NCBI GenBank assembly: GCA_044440125.1 | Contig: JBITAJ010000018.1 | Span: forward strand, 96,001 to 160,000 | Length of the DNA stretch: 64,000 bases | Origin: Sedimentisphaeraceae bacterium JB056 | GTDB lineage: Bacteria; Planctomycetota; Phycisphaerae; Sedimentisphaerales; Sedimentisphaeraceae | Direction of reading: 5' to 3' | Part shown: piece after piece, positions 38,839 through 48,808 of the stretch | How positions within the stretch are numbered: position 1 is the stretch's first letter | Layout: the number at the start of each line of letters is the position of its first letter | Position numbers and translations under genes: made by a program | Notes under the pieces: generated by a model | The model's database searches: none | What the model was told of the DNA's origin: nothing | The model's input: only the letters and a program-made list of their open reading frames with translations

Positions 38839-39819
38839 ATGACTTTTGATCTTGAATATGCAAGGGGCGTTATAGATGGCGAAGCTAAGGCTGTCAGCTC
38901 TCTTGAGGCTCTCATAACTGATGAGACTTTTATCCAGGCACTGGATGCTATATATAATTGCACAGGCAATCTTGTTGTTACTGGTGTAGGTAAAGCCGGG
39001 ATTGTTGGGGAAAAAATATCTGCGACGATGGCTTCTGTGGGAACGCCGAGTATATTTCTCCATCCTGTAGAGGCTGTTCATGGTGACCTTGGTCGTGTAA
39101 GGCCTCAGGATGTAGTGTTGTTGATGAGTTTTGGTGGTGAGACTGATGAGATAATAAGGCTCATAACTCTTCTGAAACAGCAGGAAATAACGACTATAGC
39201 AATGACTGGTAATGTCCAGTCAAGACTTGCCAAACATAGTGATATTGTCTTGTGTATAGGTAAGTTGCAGGAAGCTTGTCCTCTTGGAGTTGCGCCTACA
39301 GTTTCAACAACTTGCATGTTGGCTCTTGGTGATGCTCTTGCATTAACAGTTATGAAAGCTCGTCAATTCTCTAAAGAAGATTATGCACGGTATCACCCAG
39401 GCGGTTCACTTGGTGCTAAGCTTATAACAGTAGAGCAGTCCATGGAATTCGGCAAGGGCGATCTTCTTCCTATTGTTGAGCAGGAGAAAACCATTGGTGA
39501 GATGCTTGAACTGACAAAAAATACCAAGCGGCGCGGAGCTACGATGGTGATTGACTCTTCCGGCGTTCTTGTTGGTATTGTAACCGATGCTGATTTAAGG
39601 CGTTTGCTTTCAAATGAAGGACAGAACGCTTTCAGTAAGAAAGTTTCTGATGTTATGACAGCCGGTTGTAAGAGTGTAAAAGAGACTACTCTTGCAGCAG
39701 AAGCTATGGCTATATTCCATAAATTCAGAATTGATGATCTTCCGGTTGTTGATGAAGATGGCAAGCCGGTAGGTATGATTGATGTTCAGGATATTGTTTC
39801 TATTAAGGTAGTGGGATAA
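38839..39819 (+). CDS. kdsD: KpsF/GutQ arabinose-5-phosphate isomerase (SIS + CBS)
   Basis: Motifs VTGVGKAG, HPVEAVHGDLG, EACPLGVAPTVST and YHPGGSLG; CBS pair. Confidence 0.93.
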   Translation: MTFDLEYARGVIDGEAKAVSSLEALITDETFIQALDAIYNCTGNLVVTGVGKAGIVGEKISATMASVGTPSIFLHPVEAVHGDLGRVRPQDVVLLMSFGGETDEIIRLITLLKQQEITTIAMTGNVQSRLAKHSDIVLCIGKLQEACPLGVAPTVSTTCMLALGDALALTVMKARQFSKEDYARYHPGGSLGAKLITVEQSMEFGKGDLLPIVEQEKTIGEMLELTKNTKRRGATMVIDSSGVLVGIVTDADLRRLLSNEGQNAFSKKVSDVMTAGCKSVKETTLAAEAMAIFHKFRIDDLPVVDEDGKPVGMIDVQDIVSIKVVG

Positions 39820-40346
39820 TGGATAAGCTCAGCAAGGAAAATCTTTCAAAACTCAAAATGCTCGTTTTAGACCTTGATGGGGTCTTTACAGACGGTACTA
39901 TTATAATAAATGGCGATGGAAGTGAATCAAAGCGATACAGTGTTATTGACGGCCACGGCATAAAGCTTTGGCAAAGAGCTGGATTCAAGACTGCGATCAT
40001 AAGTGGCAGGGCGGCAAAGGCAACAAGTATAAGAGCTGAACAGCTTGGTATAGAATACGTATTTCAGGGGTGTAAGAAAAAACTGCCTGTTTATGAGCAG
40101 TTGCTTGAAGATGCACGCGTTTCGGCTGATGAAACTATATTTATTGGTGATGAGATCATAGATCTTCCTATTGTAAGAAGAGCGGGTTTGGGAGTTGCAG
40201 TTGAGAATGCTGTTGATGAATTGAAAGAATATGCTGATTATGTCACAAAGAAATCCGGTGGTCAGGGTGCCATACGCGAAGTTATCGAGATAGTCCTGAA
40301 AACTACCGGCAAATGGGATGCCTTGATGGAAAGGTATTTGATATAA
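39819..40346 (+). CDS. kdsC: KDO 8-phosphate phosphatase
   Basis: Motifs LDLDGVFTDG, DGHGI, IISGR, IGDEIIDL and GGQGAIRE. Confidence 0.93.
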   Translation: MDKLSKENLSKLKMLVLDLDGVFTDGTIIINGDGSESKRYSVIDGHGIKLWQRAGFKTAIISGRAAKATSIRAEQLGIEYVFQGCKKKLPVYEQLLEDARVSADETIFIGDEIIDLPIVRRAGLGVAVENAVDELKEYADYVTKKSGGQGAIREVIEIVLKTTGKWDALMERYLI

Positions 40347-40409
40347 ACTGAGATTCAGAAATATATCGTGTTTTATGCAAGCCTCTTACTTGCAGTTAGT
40401 TAATTTTAT

Positions 40410-43055
40410 ATGGCCGTTTTAAGAAAAATAATTTTATTCATTATCGCACTCGTTGTTGGTATAGGAGCATATTTTGCTTATCAACTCGTTACCAAGCCGC
40501 CGGCTATTGAGGTTGGCGGAGGCTATACTGTAGTCAAAACGGAGAAGCCTGCCCAGATACTTGATGATAGTCAGGGTAGTATTGGTGACACTGTTATCGG
40601 CCAGACAGAAGTTTCTGAATTCAATCTTTTGGATGCAGATGGAAACTTGAAAAGCCGGTTTGGCTTCGATAAACTTGTTCACAGTGAAGGCACTGAGTGG
40701 GAGCTTGAGAAGCCTTATGTTGACATGTATGACCCTAAATATACTTGCAGGGTACGTGCTAAGGGTGGTCTTATAAATATTGAAATGGTAGCTGGTAAAC
40801 CGGTTCCTGTTAGTGCCAAGCTTAATGAAGATGTTGTTATAATTCTCAAAACCGAAGATGGTGGTAGAGATTTTGAGATACATCTCGACAGCCTTGTCTA
40901 TGATATAGTGCGAAACAGGTTTGAAAGTGATGATCAGTTGCGTTTGATTGCCGATGATATGGAGATGGTCGGCAAGGGTATGACTCTTGTTTATAATCCC
41001 GAAAATAACCGTATTGAGCTTTTGAAGATTCCGGATCTTGATTATATTGAGATAAAAGAAAGAAGACTTAAGTTGGAAGATGGTACGGTTGAAAGTCGTT
41101 CTGACAGTCTTGCTCGCAAAGCTGCCGGTTCTGGAAAATTAAATCCTCAAGAAGGTGTTTTGTATGAGTTTATTCTTGACGAGAATGTTAAGATATTGAC
41201 TGAAAATGAGACTATAAATGCATCTAATGTTCGAATAAGCAATATTCTTTGGGGGCAGAGTGAGGATTTCTCTGAGCAAAAAACTGAGGAGCAGGAAAAA
41301 GTTACTGATGCTGAACAGAAGATCAAGTCTTTGCCGGTAAAGAGCGAAGATGGTTTTGAGTATTGGCAGCCCGATACAGACCTGCCTAAGCCCATAGCCA
41401 AGCAGGATAAGGTAAATATTGAAGGTCCTAATTATGAGATTGTCAGAGTGCTTTATGTTACTTGTGATGGAGGTTTGATATTCAGACCTCTTGACAATCA
41501 GGATAGGGATAAAGATATAGAGCGGACTCTTGATCTTATCGGTTCTCCTGTGAAGGTAGAAAGTGAGAGTTTTGTCACAGAAAGTCCTTATCTCTGGTGT
41601 GGTCTTGATAGTGAGACTCTGAGGCTCTATTCCAGACAGCAGGGGCAGGTCAAGCTTACAACTCCTGATGGCAAGGCATCTCTTGTTACAGAAAAATCAC
41701 TTTTCTGGAGTCAGGGGGATTCTGTCGCGACAGTTAAAGGGCCAGGACATATTTTTGTTGCCGACGATAAAGATGAAACAAGAACTAAGCTGAACTTTTC
41801 TGATACCATAAAGATGAAACTTTCTCAGCGTAAGGTTAGAAACGTTCAGGTTTCAGGCGGTTTCAATGCTGATATAACAGGTTCTAATTTTGCCCAAATC
41901 AACAGTGGCAAGGCTTTTATGGAATTTGAAGGGGACAATCTGCTTAAAAATATCGAGCTTTCTGATAATGTCAAGATTACTTCATTGCAGGGTGGTGTTC
42001 AGTCAGATAGGGTTAGTGTAGATTTTGCTACTGATGAAAACGGCAAACCTCAGCCTCAAAATGCCTTGGCCACTGGCAGCGCAAAGCTTGTCGCTTCCGG
42101 TGAAGAATCCAAGGAATACGATCCGGTTATGTTTGCCGATACTATTGAATATAGTTTTGATGATCAGGTTGCGGTAGCATCTGGTAATATCAAGCTTGAT
42201 TTTGTAGTTCCATCTAAGGATGGCAACGTCAGCATGCCGCTTACGATAAATGCGGACCGTAATGTGGTATATAAAGCTGGCGATGGTTATATTGAGTTTA
42301 ATGACAATGTTCGCGGCATATCTGTGATTACGCAGGATGGCGTTCAGCAGCAGTCAAAATTCACTTGTGATAAATTAAGGGTTTATCTCTCTAATGAATC
42401 CGTTAAGCCTTCATTGAAAAGCATTCTGCTTGAAGGCTCCAAAGTAGTGCTTGAAAATAAGAGATTTACTCCTGAAGCCGTTATAAGTGTTGTTGATCTT
42501 GAATGTAGTGGTTTTGAATATGAAGCTGTAAACGGTATTATGAGGGCTTCAGGTCCCGGAAACATCAAAGTAAACAATCGGAATGTGGTTGGCAATTCAA
42601 GTCAGAATTCGGTGTCGTTCAATGGCCCGTGTTATGCTTTGATCGAAAACTTTTCATCACTGACTTTCAATACCTTTGAGAATCAGATAGTCGCTGAGAG
42701 AGGTGAAAAGATGCTTCATATAGGTTATATACCCATTCTGCCTGATGGACACATGGGAACTCAGCGTCTTGTTGATGCAGGCAGGCTTGAGCTTTCTTAC
42801 ACGGAGCACAATGGTAAGAGTATTGTTTCTTCTTTGAAGGCAACGGATAAGGTTTATTATTACGAACCTGACAAATATCAATTGATCGGTGACAACCTTG
42901 AATATAATGGTTATACAGGTTTAGTAAAAATAAACGGCACAGAGTCTAACCCTTGCGTACTTAACAGTACACTCGTTGATGCCATAGAATACAATATTAA
43001 GACCGGAAGCATGAAGACCGGCATTGGCGGTGTCAGTTCTGTACCAATCAATTAA
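40410..43055 (+). CDS. Very long LptC/LptA(OstA)-like beta-jellyroll protein
   Basis: N-terminal membrane anchor; LptC-like segment (LEKPYVDMY...LVYD...ESDDQL...MVGKGM); repeated OstA-like segments; sits between kdsC and lpxB. Confidence 0.6.
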   Translation: MAVLRKIILFIIALVVGIGAYFAYQLVTKPPAIEVGGGYTVVKTEKPAQILDDSQGSIGDTVIGQTEVSEFNLLDADGNLKSRFGFDKLVHSEGTEWELEKPYVDMYDPKYTCRVRAKGGLINIEMVAGKPVPVSAKLNEDVVIILKTEDGGRDFEIHLDSLVYDIVRNRFESDDQLRLIADDMEMVGKGMTLVYNPENNRIELLKIPDLDYIEIKERRLKLEDGTVESRSDSLARKAAGSGKLNPQEGVLYEFILDENVKILTENETINASNVRISNILWGQSEDFSEQKTEEQEKVTDAEQKIKSLPVKSEDGFEYWQPDTDLPKPIAKQDKVNIEGPNYEIVRVLYVTCDGGLIFRPLDNQDRDKDIERTLDLIGSPVKVESESFVTESPYLWCGLDSETLRLYSRQQGQVKLTTPDGKASLVTEKSLFWSQGDSVATVKGPGHIFVADDKDETRTKLNFSDTIKMKLSQRKVRNVQVSGGFNADITGSNFAQINSGKAFMEFEGDNLLKNIELSDNVKITSLQGGVQSDRVSVDFATDENGKPQPQNALATGSAKLVASGEESKEYDPVMFADTIEYSFDDQVAVASGNIKLDFVVPSKDGNVSMPLTINADRNVVYKAGDGYIEFNDNVRGISVITQDGVQQQSKFTCDKLRVYLSNESVKPSLKSILLEGSKVVLENKRFTPEAVISVVDLECSGFEYEAVNGIMRASGPGNIKVNNRNVVGNSSQNSVSFNGPCYALIENFSSLTFNTFENQIVAERGEKMLHIGYIPILPDGHMGTQRLVDAGRLELSYTEHNGKSIVSSLKATDKVYYYEPDKYQLIGDNLEYNGYTGLVKINGTESNPCVLNSTLVDAIEYNIKTGSMKTGIGGVSSVPIN

Positions 43056-43070
43056 AGGGTTATACGGTTT

Positions 43071-44219
43071 ATGGCTCAGTATAAAATATTCTTAAGTGCT
43101 TGTGAGGCAAGTGCCGAAAAACATTGTCTTGAATTAATGACCTCTATCAAAGATAAGGTTGCCAGAGAAGGCGGTCAGGTTTCTTTTAGTGGCATTGGTG
43201 GTAAAAAGATGCAGGAGGCAGGCTGTGAGATTATTGCAGATACTGTCAGCAGGGCTGCCATGATCTACAATGCATTTGGGCAGGTAGGGTATTATTATAA
43301 GCTTATAAAGAAAGTTAAGTGTTTTTTGCAGGAAAATCCGCAGGACGTTGTTGTTGTATGCGATTCACCTGCATTTAATTTTCATATTGCTAAGGCCGCT
43401 AAGAAAGCTAATACAAAAGTTCTCTTTTATGTCGCACCGCAACTTTGGGCATGGGCTCCATGGCGAATACACAAGCTTAAGAGATGCTGCGACAGACTTG
43501 CTTGCATACTGCCGTTTGAAGAGAAATGGTTTTCTGATAGGGGTGTTAAAGCTGAATTTGTTGGCAATCCACTTTTTGACGAGATAGATGTGAACATCGA
43601 TCAATGCTTGAAGAGTTATGATTTGTATAAACCTGAGTCTGCTAAAATCGCATTGTTGCCTGGTTCAAGAAAAGCCGAGATAGATTCTTTATGGAAGCCA
43701 ATGCAGCAGATAGCAGTTAATCTTAAAAAGCGATACCCTGCTATAAGATTTGTTGCTGTTGGGTCTGATGAGGAGAAACTCGATATTTTGCGAGCCAGCC
43801 AGATATCTGGTTTTGAGTGTGAATATAGGTTGGATAAAGTGATTGATACCTGTCGTCAGGTTGATTACGCTTTTGTGGCAAGTGGCAGTGCCACATTACA
43901 GGTAGCTTCTGCTGCTTGTCCGATGACCGTTATGTATCAGTCAAATAAGCTTTTATGGCATCTTCTCGGTAGGTGGCTTATTAATATAAAGCATCTTTCA
44001 CTTGTTAATATTCTCGCTTCGAAAAGGCTTGTACCCGAGTATATGCCTTACTTTGATTCTGTTGAGCCGATTTCTGATGAAGCCTGTCTGCTTTTATCAG
44101 ACAAAAACTCGCTCAAGACGACAAGTGAGGCCCTTGTGGAACTTGTAAAGCCTCTTGCTGATTTCAAGACATGCAATGCTGTTGCTGATATTGTTTTAGA
44201 TATTTGTGACAGTAATTAA
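43071..44219 (+). CDS. lpxB: Lipid-A-disaccharide synthase
   Basis: Motifs CEAS, DSPAFN, YVAPQLWAW, ILPFE, FVGNPL, LLPGSRKAE and ASGSATL. Confidence 0.94.
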   Translation: MAQYKIFLSACEASAEKHCLELMTSIKDKVAREGGQVSFSGIGGKKMQEAGCEIIADTVSRAAMIYNAFGQVGYYYKLIKKVKCFLQENPQDVVVVCDSPAFNFHIAKAAKKANTKVLFYVAPQLWAWAPWRIHKLKRCCDRLACILPFEEKWFSDRGVKAEFVGNPLFDEIDVNIDQCLKSYDLYKPESAKIALLPGSRKAEIDSLWKPMQQIAVNLKKRYPAIRFVAVGSDEEKLDILRASQISGFECEYRLDKVIDTCRQVDYAFVASGSATLQVASAACPMTVMYQSNKLLWHLLGRWLINIKHLSLVNILASKRLVPEYMPYFDSVEPISDEACLLLSDKNSLKTTSEALVELVKPLADFKTCNAVADIVLDICDSN

Positions 44220-44381
44220 TGCTATCTGCGTAACCTTGGGTTACCGTTAAAATAGCGGCATCGTATTACCCTGCGATTTAAGAAAACGAACGTTTTATTA
44301 ATGTAAGTTCTTGATCGAATTAATCTTATCCATTGTTGGTTTGTGGAATCTCTGTATACGATTCTGTATGTAGTATCAATA

Positions 44382-44636
44382 TGACTATATATAGTGGTTT
44401 TTGCTCTATTTATACTACAGGTAGTTGTTTTTGCGGTTTGAGAGCACTATATATTGCACCTTGAAACACGGCTTCAAATTTTTTTTTATTTCGTAGATGC
44501 TTCTATTTCAACGACTTACTGAAAGCTGTTTTTTTTTGCTGTTTTTTTTGGTTGAAACTGTTTGAATAAAGTTTAACATATTACATATCTAACAAGATGT
44601 TGGTTTTTACGAGGAATTAATCACTATATATTGTAT
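44382..44636 (+). promoter_or_regulatory. Five NrdR-box-like sites and a sigma70 promoter upstream of nrdJ
   Basis: 16-mers at 44382 TGACTATATATAGTGG, 44412 ATACTACAGGTAGTTG, 44444 GCACTATATATTGCAC, 44590 TAACAAGATGTTGGTT and 44621 TCACTATATATTGTAT match acaCwAtATaTwGtg. Promoter TTGAAA(44552)-16-TAACAT(44574). Confidence 0.8.
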
Positions 44637-44678
44637 GTTTTAATGAGGGCATTTTTGCGCCCATAGTTGGAGATAATA

Positions 44679-47591
44679 ATGGCACAAAAGTCAGTTTCAA
44701 AATCAAAACTCAAGGTTGAAAGCTATTTCTGCGATAAAAATGCTTCTCCGTTTGATGATATTAAATGGGAAACTCGTCAGGCGAGTATTACAGATGATAA
44801 GGGCAACGTTATTTTCGAGCAAAATAATGTTGAAGTACCTGAAAAATGGAGCCAGCTTGCTACAAAAATTGTTGTGAGCAAGTATTTTTATGGTGAAGCG
44901 CATACCAAAGAGCGTGAATATTCAGTAAAACAGCTTGTTCAGCGTGTTGCAAGGACTATCGCTGATCGTGGGCTTAAAGATGGGTATTTTGGCGATAAAG
45001 AAAATGCTGACAAGTTTTACAAGGAGCTTGCCTGGCTTTGTGCCCACCAGTATGGTGCATTTAACTCTCCGGTATGGTTCAATGTAGGGCTTAAGGAAGC
45101 TTACGGCGTTGCCGGAAGTGCTCATAATTTCCGTTGGGATTCAGAGAAGGGCAAGGCCGTTCCTGGTGAGGATACTTATTCTTATCCGCAGGCATCTGCA
45201 TGTTTCATCCAGTCTGTTCAGGATACTATGGAGGATATCATGCGTCTTGCTACCAGCGAAGCAATGCTTTTTAAGCATGGTTCTGGTACAGGTACAGACC
45301 TTTCGACTCTTAGAAGTTCTCGTGAGAAGCTCTCTGGTGGCGGCGTGCCGTCAGGTCCTCTAAGCTTCATGAAGGTTTTCGATCAAATAGCCGGTGTTAT
45401 TAAGAGCGGCGGTAAGACAAGACGTGCCGCTAAGATGCAGTCTTTGATGGTTACTCACCCTGATATCAGGGAATTTATAAATTGCAAGACCGAAGAAGAG
45501 AAAAAGGCCTGGGCCCTCATAGAAGAGGGTTTCAGTGGCGACTTTAACGGCGATGCTTACGGCAGTGTTATGTTCCAGAATGCAAATCTTTCAGTTCGTG
45601 TTACTGATGACTTTATGGACAAGGTTGAGAAAGATGGTAAATGGGTAACTAAATCTGTTACTACTGGCGAAGATATTGAGGGACATAAAGCACGCGAGCT
45701 TATGGATGAAATCTGTGAGGGAACAAGGATATGCGGTGATCCCGGTCTGCAGTATCACAGTACCATAAATAAATGGCATACCTGTCCAAATGCGGCTCCG
45801 ATAAATGCATCGAATCCTTGCAGTGAGTACATGTTTATCAATGACTCTGCCTGTAATCTCGCATCGCTCAATTTGATGAAGTTCCGCAAGAAAGATGGTA
45901 CTTTTGATGTTGAATCATTTAAGCATGCTATCAGAATTTTTATTATTGCACAGGATATACTTGTAGATAACGGAAGCTATCCTGAAGCCAGAATAACCGA
46001 AAACAGCCATAAATTCCGTCCGTTAGGACTTGGTTACGCCAATCTGGGCTGCTTGATGATGAGCCTTGCTTTACCTTACGATTCAGAAGAAACAAGGGCT
46101 TTGACATCTGCTATTACAGCTATACTTACAGGTACGGCTTATTGTGTAAGTGCTGAGATGGCAAATATTAGCGGAACATTCTCTGAGTATGATGCGAACA
46201 AGGAACCGATGCTCAACGTTATCTCAATGCATCGTAATTGTGCCCATGAGATACCTGAAGGTATTTGCCCAGATTATTTGCTCAGTGAAGCTAAGGATTC
46301 TTGGGATAAAGCTTACGATCTTGGGGCAAAATATGGTTACAGGAATGCCCAGACGACAGTCCTTGCTCCAACAGGTACTATCGGCTTTATGATGGATTGT
46401 GATACGACAGGTATTGAGCCTGATATTGCCCTTGTCAAGTATAAGATGCTTGCCGGTGGTGGAATGCTTAAGATTGTAAACCAGACTGTTCCTATGGCTC
46501 TTGAACGTCTTGATTATACAAAAGAGCAGATAAAAGCGATATGCGAAACTATTGATAAGGATGATACAATCGAAACATCCGACATTATTCTTGAAGAGCA
46601 CTTGCCAATATTTGATTGTGCTTTCAAGGCAAGGAAGGGTACTCGTCATATACACTGGAAGGCGCATCTTAAGATGATGGCTGCTGCTCAGCCGTTCCTT
46701 TCAGGAGCGATAAGCAAGACAATCAATATGCCGAATGAAAGTACCCGTGAGGATATTATGCAGGCATATATGGAAGGTTGGAAACTCGGTCTCAAGGCAG
46801 TAGCTATCTATCGTGATGGTTCCAAGAGGACTCAACCGGTCAATACCTCAAGTTCGGAACAGAAAGAGTCAAAGAAGGCGAAAAAGGAAACAGTTGTTGT
46901 AAGCAAACCTTACAGAAAAAGGCTTCCTGAAACTCGCAGCAGTATAACTCATAAGTTTAGTGTTGCCGGTCACGAGGGATACCTCACAGTAGGTCTTTAT
47001 GATGACGGCCAGCCGGGTGAACTGTTCATAACAATGGCTAAAGAAGGCAGTACTATAGGCGGCCTAATGGATGCTATTGGAACGTGTGTTTCAATGTCAC
47101 TGCAGTATGGTGTGCCTCTTGTTACTCTTGTCGATAAATTCAGGCATGCGAGATTTGAGCCTGCCGGAATGACTTCAAACAGAGAGATTCCGTTCGCAAA
47201 GAGTCTTATTGACTATATCTTCTGCTGGCTTGGATGCCAGTTCCTGCCTGGTTACGCAGAAACAAATACGCCAAATAGAGGAGCTTCAAAATCAAGCTCT
47301 TCAAAAGGAGGCGACAAACCTGTGGCTAAAGCGGTTGTTAGTGCTAAGTCTGTAAAGCCCAAAAGTGGCTCCGGTGAAACGGAAGCTATAGCAGAAAAGG
47401 CGGTAGCCGTTGTAAGCTCTGTTGCTTCAGGAGATTCTGCTGAGCAGGTAAGTATTATTCAGCAATTCAACGGACAGTTTGAGCACTTCCAGGACGATGC
47501 TCCGGCATGTGATGTATGTGGCTCAATAACCGTTCGTAACGGAACTTGTTACAGATGTCATAACTGCGGCAACTCAATGGGTTGTTCGTAA
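44679..47591 (+). CDS. nrdJ: Vitamin B12-dependent class II ribonucleotide reductase with C-terminal TSCPD-type domain
   Basis: Motifs SACFI, GGKTRRAA, SNPCSEY, APTGTI and GAISKTINMP; C-terminal CDVC/CHNC...GCS; GGAG RBS before ATG 44679. Confidence 0.96.
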   Translation: MAQKSVSKSKLKVESYFCDKNASPFDDIKWETRQASITDDKGNVIFEQNNVEVPEKWSQLATKIVVSKYFYGEAHTKEREYSVKQLVQRVARTIADRGLKDGYFGDKENADKFYKELAWLCAHQYGAFNSPVWFNVGLKEAYGVAGSAHNFRWDSEKGKAVPGEDTYSYPQASACFIQSVQDTMEDIMRLATSEAMLFKHGSGTGTDLSTLRSSREKLSGGGVPSGPLSFMKVFDQIAGVIKSGGKTRRAAKMQSLMVTHPDIREFINCKTEEEKKAWALIEEGFSGDFNGDAYGSVMFQNANLSVRVTDDFMDKVEKDGKWVTKSVTTGEDIEGHKARELMDEICEGTRICGDPGLQYHSTINKWHTCPNAAPINASNPCSEYMFINDSACNLASLNLMKFRKKDGTFDVESFKHAIRIFIIAQDILVDNGSYPEARITENSHKFRPLGLGYANLGCLMMSLALPYDSEETRALTSAITAILTGTAYCVSAEMANISGTFSEYDANKEPMLNVISMHRNCAHEIPEGICPDYLLSEAKDSWDKAYDLGAKYGYRNAQTTVLAPTGTIGFMMDCDTTGIEPDIALVKYKMLAGGGMLKIVNQTVPMALERLDYTKEQIKAICETIDKDDTIETSDIILEEHLPIFDCAFKARKGTRHIHWKAHLKMMAAAQPFLSGAISKTINMPNESTREDIMQAYMEGWKLGLKAVAIYRDGSKRTQPVNTSSSEQKESKKAKKETVVVSKPYRKRLPETRSSITHKFSVAGHEGYLTVGLYDDGQPGELFITMAKEGSTIGGLMDAIGTCVSMSLQYGVPLVTLVDKFRHARFEPAGMTSNREIPFAKSLIDYIFCWLGCQFLPGYAETNTPNRGASKSSSSKGGDKPVAKAVVSAKSVKPKSGSGETEAIAEKAVAVVSSVASGDSAEQVSIIQQFNGQFEHFQDDAPACDVCGSITVRNGTCYRCHNCGNSMGCS

Positions 47592-47624
47592 AAAATAATG
47601 AATGCATAAACGTTTTCCAATTCC

Positions 47625-47660
47625 GGAGCCGCCTGTTTAGATAATGGGCGGCTCTTTGTT
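47625..47660 (+). terminator. Terminator after nrdJ
   Basis: GAGCCGCCT...GGGCGGCTC-TTTGTT. Confidence 0.7.
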
Positions 47661-47767
47661 ATTTGACAAATACTTATTAATAGTATATGATTGTCATAGT
47701 GAGTTTGTGGGAAGTTGTCTAAAATCACTTTGGCGTGGGATGTTAAAGGAATGTTCTGGAGGATTTT

Positions 47768-48277
47768 ATGCGAGTTATTAAGGGAGATATTACAAAGCTC
47801 CAAGTCGATGCAATTGTTAATGCCGCGAATCGAACTTTGCTTGGCGGCGGTGGTGTTGATGGTGCGATTCATAGAGCGGCTGGCCCAAAATTGCTTGAGG
47901 ATTGCAGGAAACTTGGCGGTTGCCATACGGGCGGCGCGAAAATTACACCAGCTTTCTCTTTGCCCTCGCGATATATAATACATACGGTTGGTCCTGTCTA
48001 TTATGGTGGCAGCATGAATGAAAAAGAACTTCTTGCTGATTGCTACAGAAACTCTCTGCGTCTTGCCCAGCAAAATGATCTCCGATCAATTGCATTCCCA
48101 TGTATAAGTACTGGTGCGTATCGATATCCATCACGCGAAGCTGCCCAAATAGCTATAGCAACGGTTAGTGCCTATTGTGCTGATATAGGTTTTCAACCGG
48201 ATGTAATATTTTGCTGTTTTAGTAATTCAGATGAAGAGATATACCTGTCTTTGCTTGCATCTGAGCCTGTTTATTAA
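47768..48277 (+). CDS. Macrodomain O-acetyl-ADP-ribose deacetylase (YmdB-like)
   Basis: Motifs GDIT, IVNAAN, GGGGVDGAIHRAAG, IHTVGP and AFPCISTGAY. Confidence 0.94.
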   Translation: MRVIKGDITKLQVDAIVNAANRTLLGGGGVDGAIHRAAGPKLLEDCRKLGGCHTGGAKITPAFSLPSRYIIHTVGPVYYGGSMNEKELLADCYRNSLRLAQQNDLRSIAFPCISTGAYRYPSREAAQIAIATVSAYCADIGFQPDVIFCCFSNSDEEIYLSLLASEPVY

Positions 48278-48293
48278 AAAAAATAAAAAAAAC

Positions 48294-48328
48294 TTGACAT
48301 CGACATTAGTAGGACTAAAATAGTCCTA
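48294..48328 (+). promoter_or_regulatory. Promoter of rrf2-hcp with a perfect 8-3-8 palindromic operator
   Basis: TTGACA(48294)-16-TAAAAT(48316); TAGGACTA-AAA-TAGTCCTA at 48310-48328 covers the -10. Confidence 0.8.
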
Positions 48329-48346
48329 TATAGTAATGAGAGAATT

Positions 48347-48751
48347 ATGGAAGTTATAAGAAGAAATACAGATTATTCATTCAGGTTAATGGCGACACTT
48401 GCTAAGTACCACGACCATTGTGTCTCTGTTCGGCAGCTTGCCAAGGAAAGTTGTGTGCCTTACCAGCTTTCTTGCAAACTTTTGCAGAAGCTCAGCTCGG
48501 CAGGTCTTGTTGCAAGTAAGATGGGGCCTAAAGGCGGTTATAAGCTTGCTTGTGAACCTGAAAGTATAAATTTAAAGCAGATTGTTGAAGCCATACAAGG
48601 ACCGGTCATTTTTAATCAATGTTTGACTGATGGTTTTGAGTGTCCTCTCTCTCAAGGGTGTCCGGTGAGCGGTCATCTGGCAAAAATGCAGGCAGAAATG
48701 AATGATCATCTTGCCGCCAAGACACTTGCTATGCTTGCAGGAAAAGATTAG
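48347..48751 (+). CDS. Rrf2 family Fe-S transcriptional regulator (NsrR/IscR-like)
   Basis: TDYSFR, KLLQKLSSAGLVASKMGPKGGYKL; three Cys in NQCLTDGFECPLSQGC. Confidence 0.92.
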   Translation: MEVIRRNTDYSFRLMATLAKYHDHCVSVRQLAKESCVPYQLSCKLLQKLSSAGLVASKMGPKGGYKLACEPESINLKQIVEAIQGPVIFNQCLTDGFECPLSQGCPVSGHLAKMQAEMNDHLAAKTLAMLAGKD

Positions 48752-48808
48752 ATGTGGATTAGCAATAGTATATAGAATTTTAGAAATTAATAGTTAAAGG
48801 AGTAAATT

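Noticed and set aside
44220..47591. Cobalamin riboswitch upstream of nrdJ, or an intein within it
   Set aside because: The leader is AT-rich with no B12-box and is explained by NrdR boxes. The protein shows no intein splice or LAGLIDADG motifs.
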